64,000 nt of DNA. Source: Octopus vulgaris (lineage: Eukaryota). Location: contig OX597816.1 in NCBI GenBank assembly GCA_951406725.2, forward strand, positions 18,166,001 through 18,230,000, given 5' to 3'. The translations under genes and the position numbers were made by a program. Shown here in pieces: positions 1 through 13,284 of this stretch. The notes under the pieces were generated by a model. It was not told the origin of the DNA. It worked only from the letters and a program-made list of their open reading frames with translations, and ran no database searches. Every line of letters starts with the position of its first letter. The first letter of the stretch is position 1.

Positions 1-91
1 TAACTGCTTTGTCTATATATAATAAACCATGCGTTTCTCTAACCTTCTTCCTACTACCTTTCTACCTTCTAACACTACATTCTTCTTCTTC

Positions 92-122
92 TTATTATTA
101 TTATTACTACTGCTATTATTAC

Positions 123-168
<46 letters not shown>

Positions 169-275
169 TATTATTATTTCTTACTATTACTATTATTACT
201 ATTATTATTGTTGTTGTTGTTATTATTATTATTATTGTTATTGTTATCATTATTATTATTATTATTATTATCATT
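92..275. repeat. (TTA)n/(TTG)n microsatellite
   Basis: Direct trinucleotide repeats; they account for the poly-Y/L/I ORFs at 9-442. Confidence 0.95.
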
Positions 276-288
276 TATTTCTGTTTAT

Positions 289-490
289 GCGGAGAACTGG
301 CAGAATCGATACCATACCGGCCAAAACGCGGCACTTCGTTCCTGTTTATATTCTGCGCTCAAATGTCACCGAGATCGAGTTTGCCTGTCCTCCATTCAGG
401 GTCGATACAATAAGTGACAGTAAAGTACTGACGTCGACGTAATCCATTTTCTGATCCCCTCGAAAACTGTGCTAAAATTTCAAACCATTG
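289..490 (+). mobile_element. Old degenerate SINE, family B
   Basis: Head gaactggcagaatcg and core tttgcctgtcctccattcagggtcgatacaataagt resemble the family B copies elsewhere in the window. Confidence 0.6.
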
Positions 491-644
491 TTTTTGCTAC
501 ATCATCAACATCGTCATCATCACCACCATCATTATATTTTTTATTGTCGTTACTATCATTCTCATATAATTTACTCATAGTCCTTTATGCTCAACAGCTA
601 AAATCCCAAAACGATCGATTTTTTGTTTGATAGTTCCTCTCTCT

Positions 645-1002
645 CTTTTACTCTTTTTTACTCTTTTACTTGTTTCAGTCATTTGACTGCGGCCATGCTA
701 GAGTACCGCCTTTAGTCGAGTGAATCAACCCCGGGACTTATTCTTTGTAAGGCCAGTACTTATTCTATCGGTCTCTTTTGCCGAACCGCTACGTGACGGG
801 GACGTAAACACAACACATATATATATATATACATATATACGACAGGCTTCTTTCAGTTTCCGTCTACGAAATCCACTCACAAGGCATTGGTCGGCCCGGG
901 GCTATAGCAGAAGACACTTGCCCAAGATGCCACGCAGTGGGACTGAACCCGGAACCATGTGGTTGGTTAGCAAGCTACTTACCACACAGCCACTCATGCG
1001 CC
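645..1002 (-). mobile_element. tRNA-derived SINE, family A (internal microsatellite, (GAGTAAAA)n tail)
   Basis: Minus strand reads ggcgcatgagtggctgtgtggtaagtagc...ggttcagtccc (A/B-box-like), then cttgggcaagtgtcttc; near-identical copy at 36097-36537. Confidence 0.9.
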
Positions 1003-1431
1003 TCGTTTGGTAAAATAAATAAATTTCTCCCCCGTTCACTTGCGCGCCTATTTAAGAAATCCTCATTATTATTATTATTACCATTTGCAACAGTTTTATG
1101 CGAGATTCTACAGCCAGAGATAACCCAACGTTTCTAAGTGCTATGTAACATAACATTTTATTTTGAGGACATATATACTTTCTGCATTGGATTTCGTGTG
1201 ATTTCCTGGCATTATATTACAATTTTACGTTATATCTACGTGTTGTAGTGATGTCGTTGGTGTTGTATTACTCGTATATTATTCCGCTATGCAGTTTGTA
1301 GAATGGATGTTATAATGCTTTATCGGTCTTGTTTTACGATTTGCATGTCCTGTGTTTTAGTGTCAGGGTACAGATTATGTACAGTATGTCGCATGTCAGA
1401 ATGTTAAGAATACATTTCAAATGATCCCATT

Positions 1432-1432
1432 A

Positions 1433-1519
<87 letters not shown>

Positions 1520-1520
1520 A
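1432..1520. repeat. (TATC)n microsatellite
   Basis: Direct tetranucleotide repeat. Confidence 0.95.
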
Positions 1521-1559
1521 TGAGTGTGTGTATGTATATATATATATATACATATATGT

Positions 1560-1750
1560 TCTTTTATTCTTATAGTAAGACTGCAGCCATGCTGGAACCA
1601 TATGACTGAAATCGAGACCACGATCTATCCTTTGTAAACCTTGTAGGTATTCTATCGACCCGTTAGCGTACGGGGACGTAAACACACCAGCATCGGTTGT
1701 CAAACGATGTTGGGGTGACAAACACAGACACAGAAGCACAAACATATGTA
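1560..1750 (-). mobile_element. SINE family A, 3' half
   Basis: gactgcagccatgctgga...ggggacgtaaacacaccagcatcggttgtc matches family A. Confidence 0.75.
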
Positions 1751-2302
1751 TATATATATATATATATATACTGTTGTCTTATACCTGACAACAATTACTG
1801 TCGATTTTAATGCTACATAACTGCTCTATCCATTACGAGAGCATTTATAAACAACCAGTGGGACCCTTAGAAATTCACTGAACGAAAAGGATTTAAGAGC
1901 GAATGGAAGATGTTATTTTTATTTTAAGTTAATTTTCCTTCCAGTTAGAATAATATATTACGCGATTCTAAAATTTCCCTGTGCCAAGCACTTTGTATTT
2001 CACTCTATGTACGTCTTCAACAAACGTTTTAACCATGTAATTCGTCTCTTCATCTCTTTAGCTTTTCTCTCTTTCTCTTCACCTTTCCCTTCCCCACCCT
2101 ACAGCATATTAGCTCTTTTCTCTCACCGAGCTTTTCTCTCTACGATCTCCCTTCAACTAAACGCGTGATGCATTTGGCCTTTCTTCTCTACCCACATTTC
2201 TCCCCCCCTCTCTCTCCCACTTATTCTCCACCTCTCACTTCACCTCCACCTCTCTAACTAATTTATAACAGGCGAACGAAGAAGCAGATTATTATATAGA
2301 TG

Positions 2303-2635
2303 TTGTCAGGGACCGTTTAGCCTAAAGGTAGCGCACTCAGCCGGTATCAGAGGGGTACAAGTTCGAACCCCGTAGCCCGCTGCTTGCGACATTTCCCATC
2401 TTCTATGGGTAAATACCCGATCCTCTTCTGTTTCCACAACTATACTGAGTTTCAAATTTACTTTCTTGTGTTTCAAATACACACATATTTGACGTTTATG
2501 AAATATTCTCGCATTCACAAAACATATTATTTAGCATTAAAATCGACAGTAATTATTGTCAGGTGGCGTCTAACTTAATAGTAGCGCACTCAACTGGTAT
2601 CTGAGGGACACGGGGTTCAATTCCACCTGCTAGCA
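2303..2635 (+). other. Two diverged tRNA-like (A/B-box) units about 253 bp apart
   Basis: ttgtcagg..gtagcgcactca.c.ggtatc.gaggg...gttc.a..cc occurs at ~2303-2380 and ~2556-2635; anticodon-like loop ctggtat. Confidence 0.45.
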
Positions 2636-2729
2636 ACTGGTATGTTTTTTTTGTCCTGTCTTTTAAATACCCAAACTTTCTACCGTTTTTTCAGCTATAC
2701 TGCGTACGAAAGTTCCTTCCTTGTCTGTA

Positions 2730-2761
<32 letters not shown>

Positions 2762-2775
2762 GCACTCACGCACAT

Positions 2776-2815
<40 letters not shown>

Positions 2816-3121
2816 TACGAAACATTGCCTTAATGATTTCAAAACTTTGCGTAGGGCATTATAATCTCTTTCTGAATAACCACATAAATATCTCATACAA
2901 AACGATAGAAGTTTACGAGTAGACTATGTCTTCTATCTATGTTCTTGTCGTTTCAATCATCAGGCCGTTGCCATGCTGGGGTTCTGCCTTGAAGTGTTTA
3001 GTCGAACAAATAAAACCGACCCAAAACCACGTTATTGCGTTTCTGTTATCGAGGCCCTTCGAACAGCCTTTGTTCCTTCTCTAGTCCTAACAATGCACCC
3101 TTCGTAACTTTCGCTAAAGAA

Positions 3122-3183
3122 ATCATCATCATCATTGTTCGACCGTGGTCGAGACAATGGAATTTACCATGTTGCGCCAGACC
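3122..3183 (-). mobile_element. Short 3' end of RTE-like LINE
   Basis: Reverse complement matches the 3' end and (TGA)n tail of the element at 42555-42843. Confidence 0.8.
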
Positions 3184-3199
3184 GAGGATCATCTTGCCC

Positions 3200-3990
3200 G
3201 CTCCTCATTTATACTGACTGTCTTCATGACCTCTTCTAAGATTCGTACTAGTTTACCACCTAATCTGTTTTGCTATTGCTATTACTGTGCTAAGTTTATT
3301 GGTATTAATCTAATCACCCATTTTTTTGCTTCTCAGTCATTAATAGCAAATATCTGCTTATGTAAAATGTGACGTAAAATATTTCATTACACCATTAACG
3401 CAATGTTAACAAAGCTTTCGTTTTAGCTTCAATTTCTGTCAGATAATATACTTCAGCCTCTCCGAATGCTATCTAAATTTTGAAGTCCTAGGTAGTCCTT
3501 GGGTTACACTCTGATCGGTCCTGAGAAGTCGCACTCTAGAATCGCAGTGTAGTTACGCATTTATATGTGATTTATCTTTCCACAGACGGTTTGTCGTAGC
3601 GGCTGAAATACACTTAATGAAACTGCTCTTTCAGTTCTATTCCGAAAGATTCCCTGTATGTATCATACATACGTCTGCATTACTGATAATCTTGGAAGCT
3701 GAAGTTGCTGACAAATGTTAAAGTTATTACTTAAATTTCAGGCACAGACATATTTTCCTTTTAACCGTAAATGCGATACCGGCCATGGCGGTGAGTTATT
3801 TATTTCTGAAGTTACATGGTATTCAAATACATGCAGTGTTATTGCTATTTAAGTAACACAAAGAACTTTGACATAAATTGTTCATTTTTAGAAGTCTAAA
3901 TGTCTTGTCTGCTGAGACAAGATAAGTGAGCGGTTGCGCTCATCTGAACTCATGAAATAGAATCAAATATCCACAGTCGACCTCTTGTAT
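3200..3990 (-). pseudogene. Heavily degenerate LINE APE-endonuclease region (tentative)
   Basis: Minus-strand translation shows eroded motifs in APE order (LSE-, YAP-, GDFNA-, SDH-like) with many stops. Confidence 0.35.
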
Positions 3991-4193
3991 CCAGAGGGTG
4001 TTACTCTATTTTCTTTAATAGGTTCGTCAGTTTTGAAGAATTCTTGATTCTTGAGATCATTCTCGAATTAACAAGCAGATGTGCACTGTGGGGTGGGGAC
4101 TGGCATGTCAAAAAAAAAAAGGCCCAATGTTTCCTCTGAGTGTTGTAAAGAACAAGCAAAAGAAGTTGAAATTTGCACTCCGACCTAGTGGTT

Positions 4194-4428
<235 letters not shown>

Positions 4429-4559
4429 TCTCCAATCGAGTTTGTGTTAATTTCCACCTTGTTGTTTTGCCTCTTGATACGGAAGTAATGTCAGTAAGTC
4501 AAACGTTTACTTCACACGGTATTGAATATTACGTTATTCAGTCTGATCATGTGTGTGTG

Positions 4560-4620
<61 letters not shown>

Positions 4621-5331
4621 AGACTGCGTAAGAACAGACAATGAAAGACTTCAGCTTTACGACACAAGGACATACATATGTATAGACATTATTATAAAAA
4701 GGATTATTTGATTTGGATGCTCCTTTATGCTACCGTTCGATGGTGTCTCATGAATCCTATTGTTATCCTGTTTGGCATCGAATAAGAGGTCGAGGATATA
4801 TAACGACCGTAGTTGCTGCGTTATAATGGAGCGACGGTCATTTTCATTGGCTCTTTTCGTTTCCCTTTCTGTTTGGTTTTATGCTTGCTCTGCTGCATAG
4901 ACTGTTTTTTGCATGGTCAGTTCAGTATTATTCGTAATCCGGATTTAGATCTCCTGTGTTGTACTTGTATTCGACTCTGATATTTTTCTTTCTTTTACAG
5001 AATCTAGTTTATCATGGAATCTCGTATCTATTGGTTCTGTCCTGTTTTAATTTCCTGATATCATTCATTTTTGTTTTGCTACGTATCGTTTGGTGATTTA
5101 TTTTCACTGCATACCTTTATATCTTTTTCGTTTCCTTGTTTATCATCCTGCCTTATTTAAAAAAAAAAAAAAAATTTACAATCCTTTCAAAGTCCGATAT
5201 ATTTTATCACAGTTTTTACATTATTTTTTCTCTATCCTCATATTATTCTTTTACAATGTTTGTACGTTTTGGGCAGTATAGTTAGTATAATTGGTTTAGA
5301 GTTAATATGTCACGATCACACATTACCTATA

Positions 5332-5542
5332 GGGAGAGTTTACGAAAAATAGAAAAGACGAAGACAGGTGGTATACAAAACAAACAGATGTATTAGTATA
5401 ACGCTCAGGAATAGAAAAAGTCTTTTACGTTTCGAGCCTTCGCTCTTCTACAGAAAGGGACAAAGAAAAACAAGGAGAGAAAAAAACAAGGAAAAAAAAG
5501 GAGAGTAAAAATGTGTGTAGTGGCTAACGATCTATCAGGGCG
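5332..5542 (-). mobile_element. Short Penelope-like pLTR insertion with minimal hammerhead-like motif
   Basis: 14-bp TSD acacattacctata (5318-5331 and 5543-5556); minus strand cttt-ctgtagaa-gagc(gaag)gctc-gaaa-cg-ta-aaag at 5422-5457. Confidence 0.7.
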
Positions 5543-6039
5543 ACACATTACCTATAAGTTAGCTTTTTACATGAAGACATAGGCCTTTCTGATTAGCGAT
5601 CGGCTTTTCACAGACTCCGACACATATCATGACATCACTAGAAATTTTTTGCGTAGTTACTGCAATCGATTAACGGTTAGAAAATCATCGTTTCAATGGT
5701 TGAATGATATATTGCCGGGGATTCCGTAGGTTAAATAGAGGCCTTTATTTCAATGTTAAAATTGTCAGATTTGTTTGTTTGCATTTCAAAGATAAAACGC
5801 ATTTATAAATGTGAATAAAATAAGATGATTTACATTGTTGATATTTGATGTTTTCACAAGCATTGGATCGTATACACAATGACAAATAGAAGTCTTGTTT
5901 ACGTACTATGTCATTTCGCGTTGATTTGTTTCTATTCAATAGTTCACTGCGTTGATTTGTTGGTCTTCTGTATTGACCTCATTTTACGAACATGTCGCTG
6001 AAATATTTAGTATCATTACATTTTATTATCATTAGTGAC

Positions 6040-6150
6040 TCTTCTTCTTCTTCTTCTTCTTCTTCTTCTTCTTCTTCTTCTTCTTCTTCTTCTTCTTCGT
6101 TTTCTTCTTCTTCTTCTTCTTCTTCTTCTTCTTCGTTTTCTTCTTCTTCT
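6040..6150. repeat. (TTC)n microsatellite
   Basis: Direct repeat. Confidence 0.95.
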
Positions 6151-6170
6151 TTTTCTAATTATTATTATTA

Positions 6171-6538
6171 AGTGAGAGAGTTGTGCATGCCATCAAAGTG
6201 ACACTGGGGTAAAATATACGAACCCCAGAAAACCCATCATAACTACCCGTCTGATAAGGGTACACTCGGCACATGCATCACAAACAAATGTGCACGACAT
6301 GGTGATTTCATATCAAGATAAACAGCACATGACCTTGCAGGTGGGGCCCAGTTAGAATTTTCTTCTGGTCGAGTGACGCATCCTACTCAAAAGGTCCCTG
6401 AATAAGGGTTGTTTAAGGATGTTGAACGAAACACCCATGTTTCCAGAGGTGATTTATTTTAACCCCAAAGAATCCCTCTCAACACATGGCTAAGATCACC
6501 CTTACTACTTCTGCTCGTGATCAGAGATGTACATATCA
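6171..6538 (-). mobile_element. Non-coding (TAA)n-embedded element, family E
   Basis: Homologous to 44941-45383 with the same left terminus (agtgagagagttgtgcatgccatc); flanked by (TTA)n. Confidence 0.8.
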
Positions 6539-6567
6539 TATTATTATTATTATCATTATTATTATTA

Positions 6568-6640
<73 letters not shown>

Positions 6641-6830
6641 AGCGGCGAGTTTTGCAGAATAGTTAAACCGCTGGGCAAAATGCTTAGCAGGATTTCGTCC
6701 ATCTTTACATTTTGAGTTCTTATTCTGGCGAAGTCGACTTTGCCTTTCATCCTTCGGAGTCGATAAAATAAATACCAGTCGAAAGTTGAGGTCGGTGAAA
6801 TCCACTCATTCCCCCACAAAAAGATTTCAC
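6641..6830 (+). mobile_element. SINE family B, older subfamily
   Basis: gcggcgagttttgcagaat head; gtcgactttgcctttcatccttcggagtcgataaa core. Confidence 0.8.
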
Positions 6831-6866
6831 ATCATATGCTTATTGTAAAAAGTATTATTATTATTA

Positions 6867-6903
<37 letters not shown>

Positions 6904-6921
6904 CATTATTATTATTATTAT

Positions 6922-6953
<32 letters not shown>

Positions 6954-6974
6954 TTATTATTGTTGTTGTTGTTA

Positions 6975-7200
6975 TACTACTTCTCAGAGTTCTTGATCTT
7001 TTTTGCTCTGGTAGATTCTGCGACAGCGGACAGTAGCCTGCTGTCAGCAGTCTCACATGGTCTCTTTACGCACATTATAAGCTTGGTTGTTAATTATCGT
7101 GGAAGGCATTCAGCATCCAAGTACCAATCTCAAAGTCCTAGCTGTCCTCCGCAGACAAGTTGTTTGGGCTTGCCCTGTTCTCATGTCAATTCCGATTTCT
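6975..7200 (-). mobile_element. 3' end of an R4/Dong-like RLE LINE (second family)
   Basis: Minus translation ...RTGQAQTTCLRRTARTLRLVLGC* resembles the LQKxxLLGTARILRxVL C-terminus; 3' end abuts (TAA)n. Confidence 0.55.
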
Positions 7201-7510
7201 CTATTATATTTCTCGAACTACCGAGTGCAGCTCTGCGTGCCTTGGTTGTGTGCTGTGGTTTGTACTGATGTTCTTGTTTCACTGTACTGAAAATGTTTTC
7301 GGTAGGATATATGCGGTGCCCAGTAGTGCTATTTTCTGTATGCTATATATTACTTATAAATCCTGGAGTTTTTGCATTATATTTGTCTAAATGTTTTGTT
7401 TTTTATCATACCTAATGCGCCTACTATAATAGAAATTGTTTCTGCTTTTACGATTCACATTCGAGTTGGCTCGGTTTTCCAATTTCCGTATTTTGAGAGC
7501 TTCTGTATAA
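7200..7510 (-). mobile_element. 3' end of R4/Dong-like RLE LINE
   Basis: Minus translation KLSKY...ETISIIVGALGMIK...IQKIALLGTAYILPKTFSVQ* (with frameshifts); 3' UTR homologous to 44196-44330. Confidence 0.75.
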
Positions 7511-7589
7511 ATCATAACATTTCTGTGTTATGATTTCAGATGGAATTCACTTTACTCATGTTGTTGCACAATGTACAGAAATGTTACGA

Positions 7590-8610
7590 TTCATACAGAA
7601 CGTGGAACATGTAAAGATTCCCATTTGGTGTACGCTGCAGAATGCACGAAACACTACTTAATTTATGATGTTTGCACAACAGAATAATTAAGCAAAAGTT
7701 TTAATGGGCACAGATTCGACGTCAAGTAGGGAAGCACTCCGTCGGTTACGACGACGAGGGTTCCGGTTGATCCAATCAACGGAACAGCCTGCTCGTGAAA
7801 TTAACGTGTAAGTGGCTGAGCACTCCACAGACACGTGTACCCTTAACGTAGTTCTCGGGGATATTCAGCATGACACAGAGAGTGACAAGGCCGGCCATTT
7901 GAAATACAGGTACAACAGAAACAGAAAGTAAGAGTGAGAGAAAGTTGTGGTGAAAGAGTACAGCAGGGATCACCACCATCCCCTGCCGAAGCCTCGTGGA
8001 GCTTTTAGGTGTTTTCGCTCAATAAACACTCACAACGCCCGGTCTGGGAATCGAAACCGCGATCCTACGACCGCGAGTCCGCTGCCCTAACCACTGGGCC
8101 ATTGCGCCTCCACCGACGTCAAGTACAATAATGGTAGTTCGACAGAACTTGCTGAACATTTCGTTTCAAACGGCTGCAATTTTGAAGAAGACTTGAAAGT
8201 ACATATTCTCAGAAAATATTCTGAATCTTCTTCATTTTCACTTCTCAGAATGCATGAGGAGAAATATGTTTGCGGGTTATTAACATCACAACCTGGAGGA
8301 ATGAATAAGATAACAGGAGAATATCATCAAATTTATACAAAACTGTTTGATTAAATATTCTTCTTTATCTCTTTTTCTTTCTTTTTTTTGTTGTCTTCTT
8401 TTTTGCATTTTTTTCTGTCGTCTTCTTTTCACCTGTTATAAATTTGCAACTTAAAAACTGCTGATATCATTCCATCAACGTGTGGACGCTGAGTGCTCTC
8501 GTTCATACTTTACATTTAAATTTCTATAATTTTGAATTTTATCACTTCTTATTTTGAACTTCACAAAGACAGACTTACTGTTGAAATATCGTTCAACTAA
8601 TAAAATATCT
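7590..8610 (+). pseudogene. Penelope-like element GIY-YIG endonuclease remnant and pLTR, split by a SINE
   Basis: After removing the SINE: TCKDSHLVYAAEC...LSKSFNGHRFDVKY/NNGSSTELAEHF...LKVHIL...HEEKYVCGLLTSQPGGMN; degenerate hammerhead-like fold at 8554-8596, then AATAAA. Confidence 0.75.
7729..8113 (-). mobile_element. tRNA(Arg)-like-headed SINE, family C, full length
   Basis: Head gtggaggcgcaatggcccagtggttagggcagcggactcgcggtcg...ggtttcgattcc; 12-bp TSD cgacgtcaagta (7717-7728 and 8114-8125). Confidence 0.92.
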
Positions 8611-8656
8611 TACAATCGAAGGGCGCTCTTCGTCTTGACTATTATCATCATCATCA

Positions 8657-8688
<32 letters not shown>

Positions 8689-9045
8689 GTTGTTGTTGTT
8701 GTTGATTTTGCTGCTGTTGTTATCATTATTTCGCTTAAGCATTACGATACTAGTATCCTGAAGTTAGAGGTCAATATATACATAATTCAGAACAGACATC
8801 TACGCAGTTTCTTTCTACTGAATTGCATTGCCAAGGCACTAGTTAGCATGAGTTTAGAGCTGACAGCCAAGTTCCCGCTTTGTAGGAAAAAGCCTGAAAC
8901 CACGTGATAGCGACACCAACGTTTTAACCAAAGCGTGGCTGTGTGAAACACAAATAAACTATGTAAATCGGTGTTTGCATAAATATGTAGATAGTTACAA
9001 ATAATCACGTTACACAAATAATACCCGAGGAGGAAGCACGTCATC

Positions 9046-9440
9046 GAGCTAGAAGAAACGTTAGCACGCCGGGCGAAATGCTTAGCGGTATTTCGTCTGC
9101 CGTTACGTTGTGAGTTCAAATTCCGCCGGGGTCGACTTTGCCTTTCATCCTTTCGGGGTCGATAAATTAATTACCAGTTACGCACTGGGGTCGATGTAAT
9201 CGACTTAATACCTATGTCTGTCCTTGTTTGTCCCTTCTATGTTTAGCCCCTTGTGGGTAGTAAAGAAATAGGTATTTCGCCAGTCTTTTCGTTCTAAGTT
9301 GATATTCCGCCGAGGTAAACTTTGCCTTTCATCCTTTCGGGATCGATAAATTAAGTACCAGTTGCGTACTGGTGTCGATCTATTCGACTCGCATCCTTCC
9401 TCCAACAAATTCGGGCCTTTTGCCTAGAGTAGAAAATATT
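9046..9440 (+). mobile_element. SINE family B joined at GGTATTTCG to the remainder of an older copy with a different tail
   Basis: Tail ...gtagtaaagaaata is followed by ggtatttcgcc and a second core ending in gggcctttttgcctagagtagaaaa. Confidence 0.85.
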
Positions 9441-9559
9441 ATGTAATCAGGGGGTGGTGGTTGTGGTTTAGTCGTGTTTAGCATTCAAACTCCACTCCTT
9501 CGGGGACATTTATTCACGTGGACATACAATAATTACAATAGTAACAATAATTGAATTGA

Positions 9560-10041
9560 CAATATTAATACTAATAATAATAATATTAAAAATTATATTA
9601 TTAATAATAAAAACAATAATTAAAAATTCTATTGATAACAATGACGAAAGCAGTAATAGTAGTAGTGGTGGTAGTTCTGGTAGTAGTAGTGGCGGTGATA
9701 GTAGTAGTAGTAGTAGTAGTAGTAGTAACGACAATGATGTTGATGATGATGCTAGTGGCGGACCTGATGGTGGTGATGATATTGATGATGATAATTAATT
9801 ATAATGATTTAGAGCAAAGGCGAACCATGTTAATATTAATTCCAATAAGAAAAACAATAATAAACATAATAATGGTGATAATTATCATAATAATAATAAT
9901 AATGATAAAAAAATAATGGCAATAATAATAATAATAATAACAATAATAATAATAATAATAATAATAATAAACATAATAATAATAATAAACCTAATAATGG
10001 TGATAATTATGATAATAATAATAATGATAAAAAATGATGGC

Positions 10042-10083
<42 letters not shown>

Positions 10084-10180
10084 TAATAATAATAGTCACG
10101 TGAAGAAGAAGAAGAAGAAGAAGAAGAAGAAGAAAGAGAAGAAGTTGATGATTATGACGATGGTGAAGAGGATGAAGAAA
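9560..10180. repeat. Compound (AAT)n/(TAG)n/(GAT)n/(GAA)n low-complexity tract
   Basis: Direct repeats. Confidence 0.9.
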
Positions 10181-10852
10181 AAATTACGGAGCCAAGTAGA
10201 TGGAGAATGGAAGATGGACAGTTGGAGAAGTGGTTGAATAACAATTTGAATATAAAGTAAAAAATCAATAAGAATGATGGTAACTTTCATTTCCTTTCTC
10301 TCGTGTTAGAAATAATAATCAATTCATTTGAGTTATTGGACTTAAACTATATTAAGACAGAAAATTAGCCAAACTAAAAGTCAGGATTGGTCATAATATA
10401 AATGCAAATTGAAAGAACAAAAACAACAAAAAAATAAACCAAAAAATATTTGGTCTGGTTACACGAGAGATTAATTCAACATAAATTGATTACTGGTTAG
10501 AAAGGAATGGTTTTCAAATTTCAAATTTATTTTTAAAATTACGTTATTATTTTATTCAATTTATAATTTATTGCAATGTCATATTTAGTTTAAGCGAACG
10601 AAGAAGACAATGCGAAGAAAGCGAACGATTGGGTATGATAAATGGAGAAAGTTTGCGAAACTAGAGTGAGAAACGTTTAATGTGGAATTTCTATGTATTA
10701 AGATATTGAAAGAATGCCATTGGTTTCATTTTGGTGTATAAGTTAGAAATGAAATGGCTTACAACCATTTAAACTTAAAAGACACAAGCATTTATTTAGA
10801 ATTCTTTTAATAAGACATTCACAAATTTTTAGCACTAAAGTGTTTATATTAT

Positions 10853-11520
10853 CTATTGCTTTACTACCCACAAGGGGCTACACTCAGAGGGGACAAACAA
10901 GGAACGGATCAAGTCGATTATATCGACCCCAGTGCGTAACTGGTACTTATTTAATCGACCCCGAAAGGATGAAAGGCAAAGACGACCTCGGCGGAATTTG
11001 AACATTATCGGGTACACAGATGGGAGTGTAGTTTTTATCACCCTCTTATCTGCCATTTACATATAAGATTCGCAGATGTACTCGTATAGCAAGTGATTTG
11101 ATCTGAGATCGTGTGCTGGAACGAAGACAATTGGAGCGTGGAAGGTGTTTGTAAGCCGAAGTGAATCGAACGGCTTTTGTGTGTTTCTTAAATGGCTTAC
11201 AAACACCTTCCACGCTGCAATTGTTTTCATATAAGATTCGTTCTTTGTAAATACTGATAATAAATACCTATTTGTTTACTACCCACACGGAGCTAAACAC
11301 AGAGAGAACAAACAAGAACAGACAAACGGATCAAGTCGATTATATCGACCGCAGTGCGTAACTGGTACTTATTTAATCGACCCCGAAAGGATGAAAGGCA
11401 AAGTCGACCTCGGCGGAATTTGAACATTATCGGTACACAGATGATAGTGTAGTTTTTATCAGCCTCTTATCTGCCATTACATATAAGATTCGTTCTTTGT
11501 AAGCACTGATAATAAATACC
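10853..11520 (-). repeat. Tandem duplication of a SINE B fragment plus ~100 bp flank; first copy carries a 155-bp insertion
   Basis: Units at 10853-11268 and 11269-11520; insertion 11073-11227 with TSD catataagattcg. Confidence 0.85.
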
Positions 11521-11735
11521 ATGTATCGTAGATTCAAGGCGATCAGTCATTTGAGAGTTAATATTTGGTAGTAAGCAAATGTCTAGCGGGATTTCGTATA
11601 TGAACATGCATGTATCTTTGCGTAGATTTCTTTACGATATCAGAGCTGACAGTCGTAAATCTTCGTAAGAAAAACCTTAAACAGCTGCTTTCGAAAACAA
11701 TAAATAATAAAACAGCATTTTTTTTCCCGAATTAC

Positions 11736-11768
<33 letters not shown>

Positions 11769-12484
11769 TACACAACTTTACTTTGTTATATATATATACA
11801 TATACATATATTATATATAAAGCCGTCGCGGTTTACATGTGAAACCTATTATTGAATATCGCATGAGATTTACAAGTAATTTCGTAGCCTCTCAACTACC
11901 ATGAATATTATCACTCTAGTATTCTCTATTGTCATCTGCAACAAGACAGCAATTCTATATTTATAGCTTGGAGCAAAACTGTAGTCCTTGTATGATGATT
12001 ACCTATTCATTAAACAGTACTGTGTTTGTATACACTTATGATATCTACCGTTCTATAGATGGAGCCAGAAGGGAAAGAGTTGAATGGACGAATGCAATAG
12101 ATGAATGAAGTTACGATGTTTTAAATATGAATTGGATGCAGCGCCAGAGTTGCAAACATTATAGAACACGCATACATAATATGTAAGCTGTGCTTATTCG
12201 CCAGGACTTCAGGTGTTTTGACACTCGACGTTTTGAGAAAATCATCTACATTGCATCAAATCGCAGCCTAGCGGGGAATGTGTACTGATCATGTGTTATG
12301 TATGTGTGTTTGATAATGTTTGCGATATTTCTTCTTCCAGTACACTGTAGGCAACTTCGTGGTAAACCTGCCAACATCACTTGATTGCTTCACCTCTGAT
12401 TGTTTTACTCTTCGAAGGCATTGTTTCACATTGATTGTTACAATATATCCTCCATATATAAACGCACCTGTCATGATTCAACCG

Positions 12485-12687
12485 CGAGGCTGCGGCCATG
12501 CTACAACAGAGCCTTGTAATATTTTAGTCGAATAAATCGACACAATTAATATATGTAAAGCCTGTTACTCATTCTACCGCTCGCTAAATTACGGGGCTGT
12601 AAACAATACCACACCGGTTAACAAGCGATGGTGGGAGTGGATGACAAAGGCATACACAAACACACATACACCCACACTGCACAAGTC

Positions 12688-12722
<35 letters not shown>

Positions 12723-12729
12723 TGTATGC

Positions 12730-12769
<40 letters not shown>

Positions 12770-12969
12770 CCATTATATATACCTACTGTATATATATATA
12801 TATATATACAGTAGGCTTCCGTCAGTTTCCGTCTACCAAATCCACTCACAAGGTTTCGGTCGGCCCGAGGCTATATTAGAAGACACTTACCCAAGGTGCG
12901 ACGCAGTGGGAATGAACCCGGAACCATGTGGTTGGTAGACAAGCTACTAACCACACAGCCACTCCTGCG

Positions 12970-12971
<2 letters not shown>
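12485..12971 (-). mobile_element. SINE family A with expanded internal (TA)n
   Basis: Both family A halves flank the microsatellite. Confidence 0.85.
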
Positions 12972-13023
<52 letters not shown>

Positions 13024-13284
13024 TCTATGTATGTATGCATGTGTGTGTGTGTGCAGGCATGACTATGGCTAACACTTTCGCTCAATCCTCACATAATATT
13101 TGGGAAATACTCACTGTGTATGTTATTTTTGACCACGAACTTTCTATACACCTGACTTGAGCATGGCTTGTGTAAGAATGCCATGTGTAAGAATATCGCT
13201 GGAAACCCGTCGCACCTATTTATGCATATATACGCACGCACACACATAAATATGGCAAATGGTATATCAAATTTCGGGAAAACG

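Noticed and set aside
7729-8113. tRNA-Arg gene at family C heads
   Set aside because: The tRNA-like region runs into a SINE body, occurs in many copies and is flanked by TSDs.
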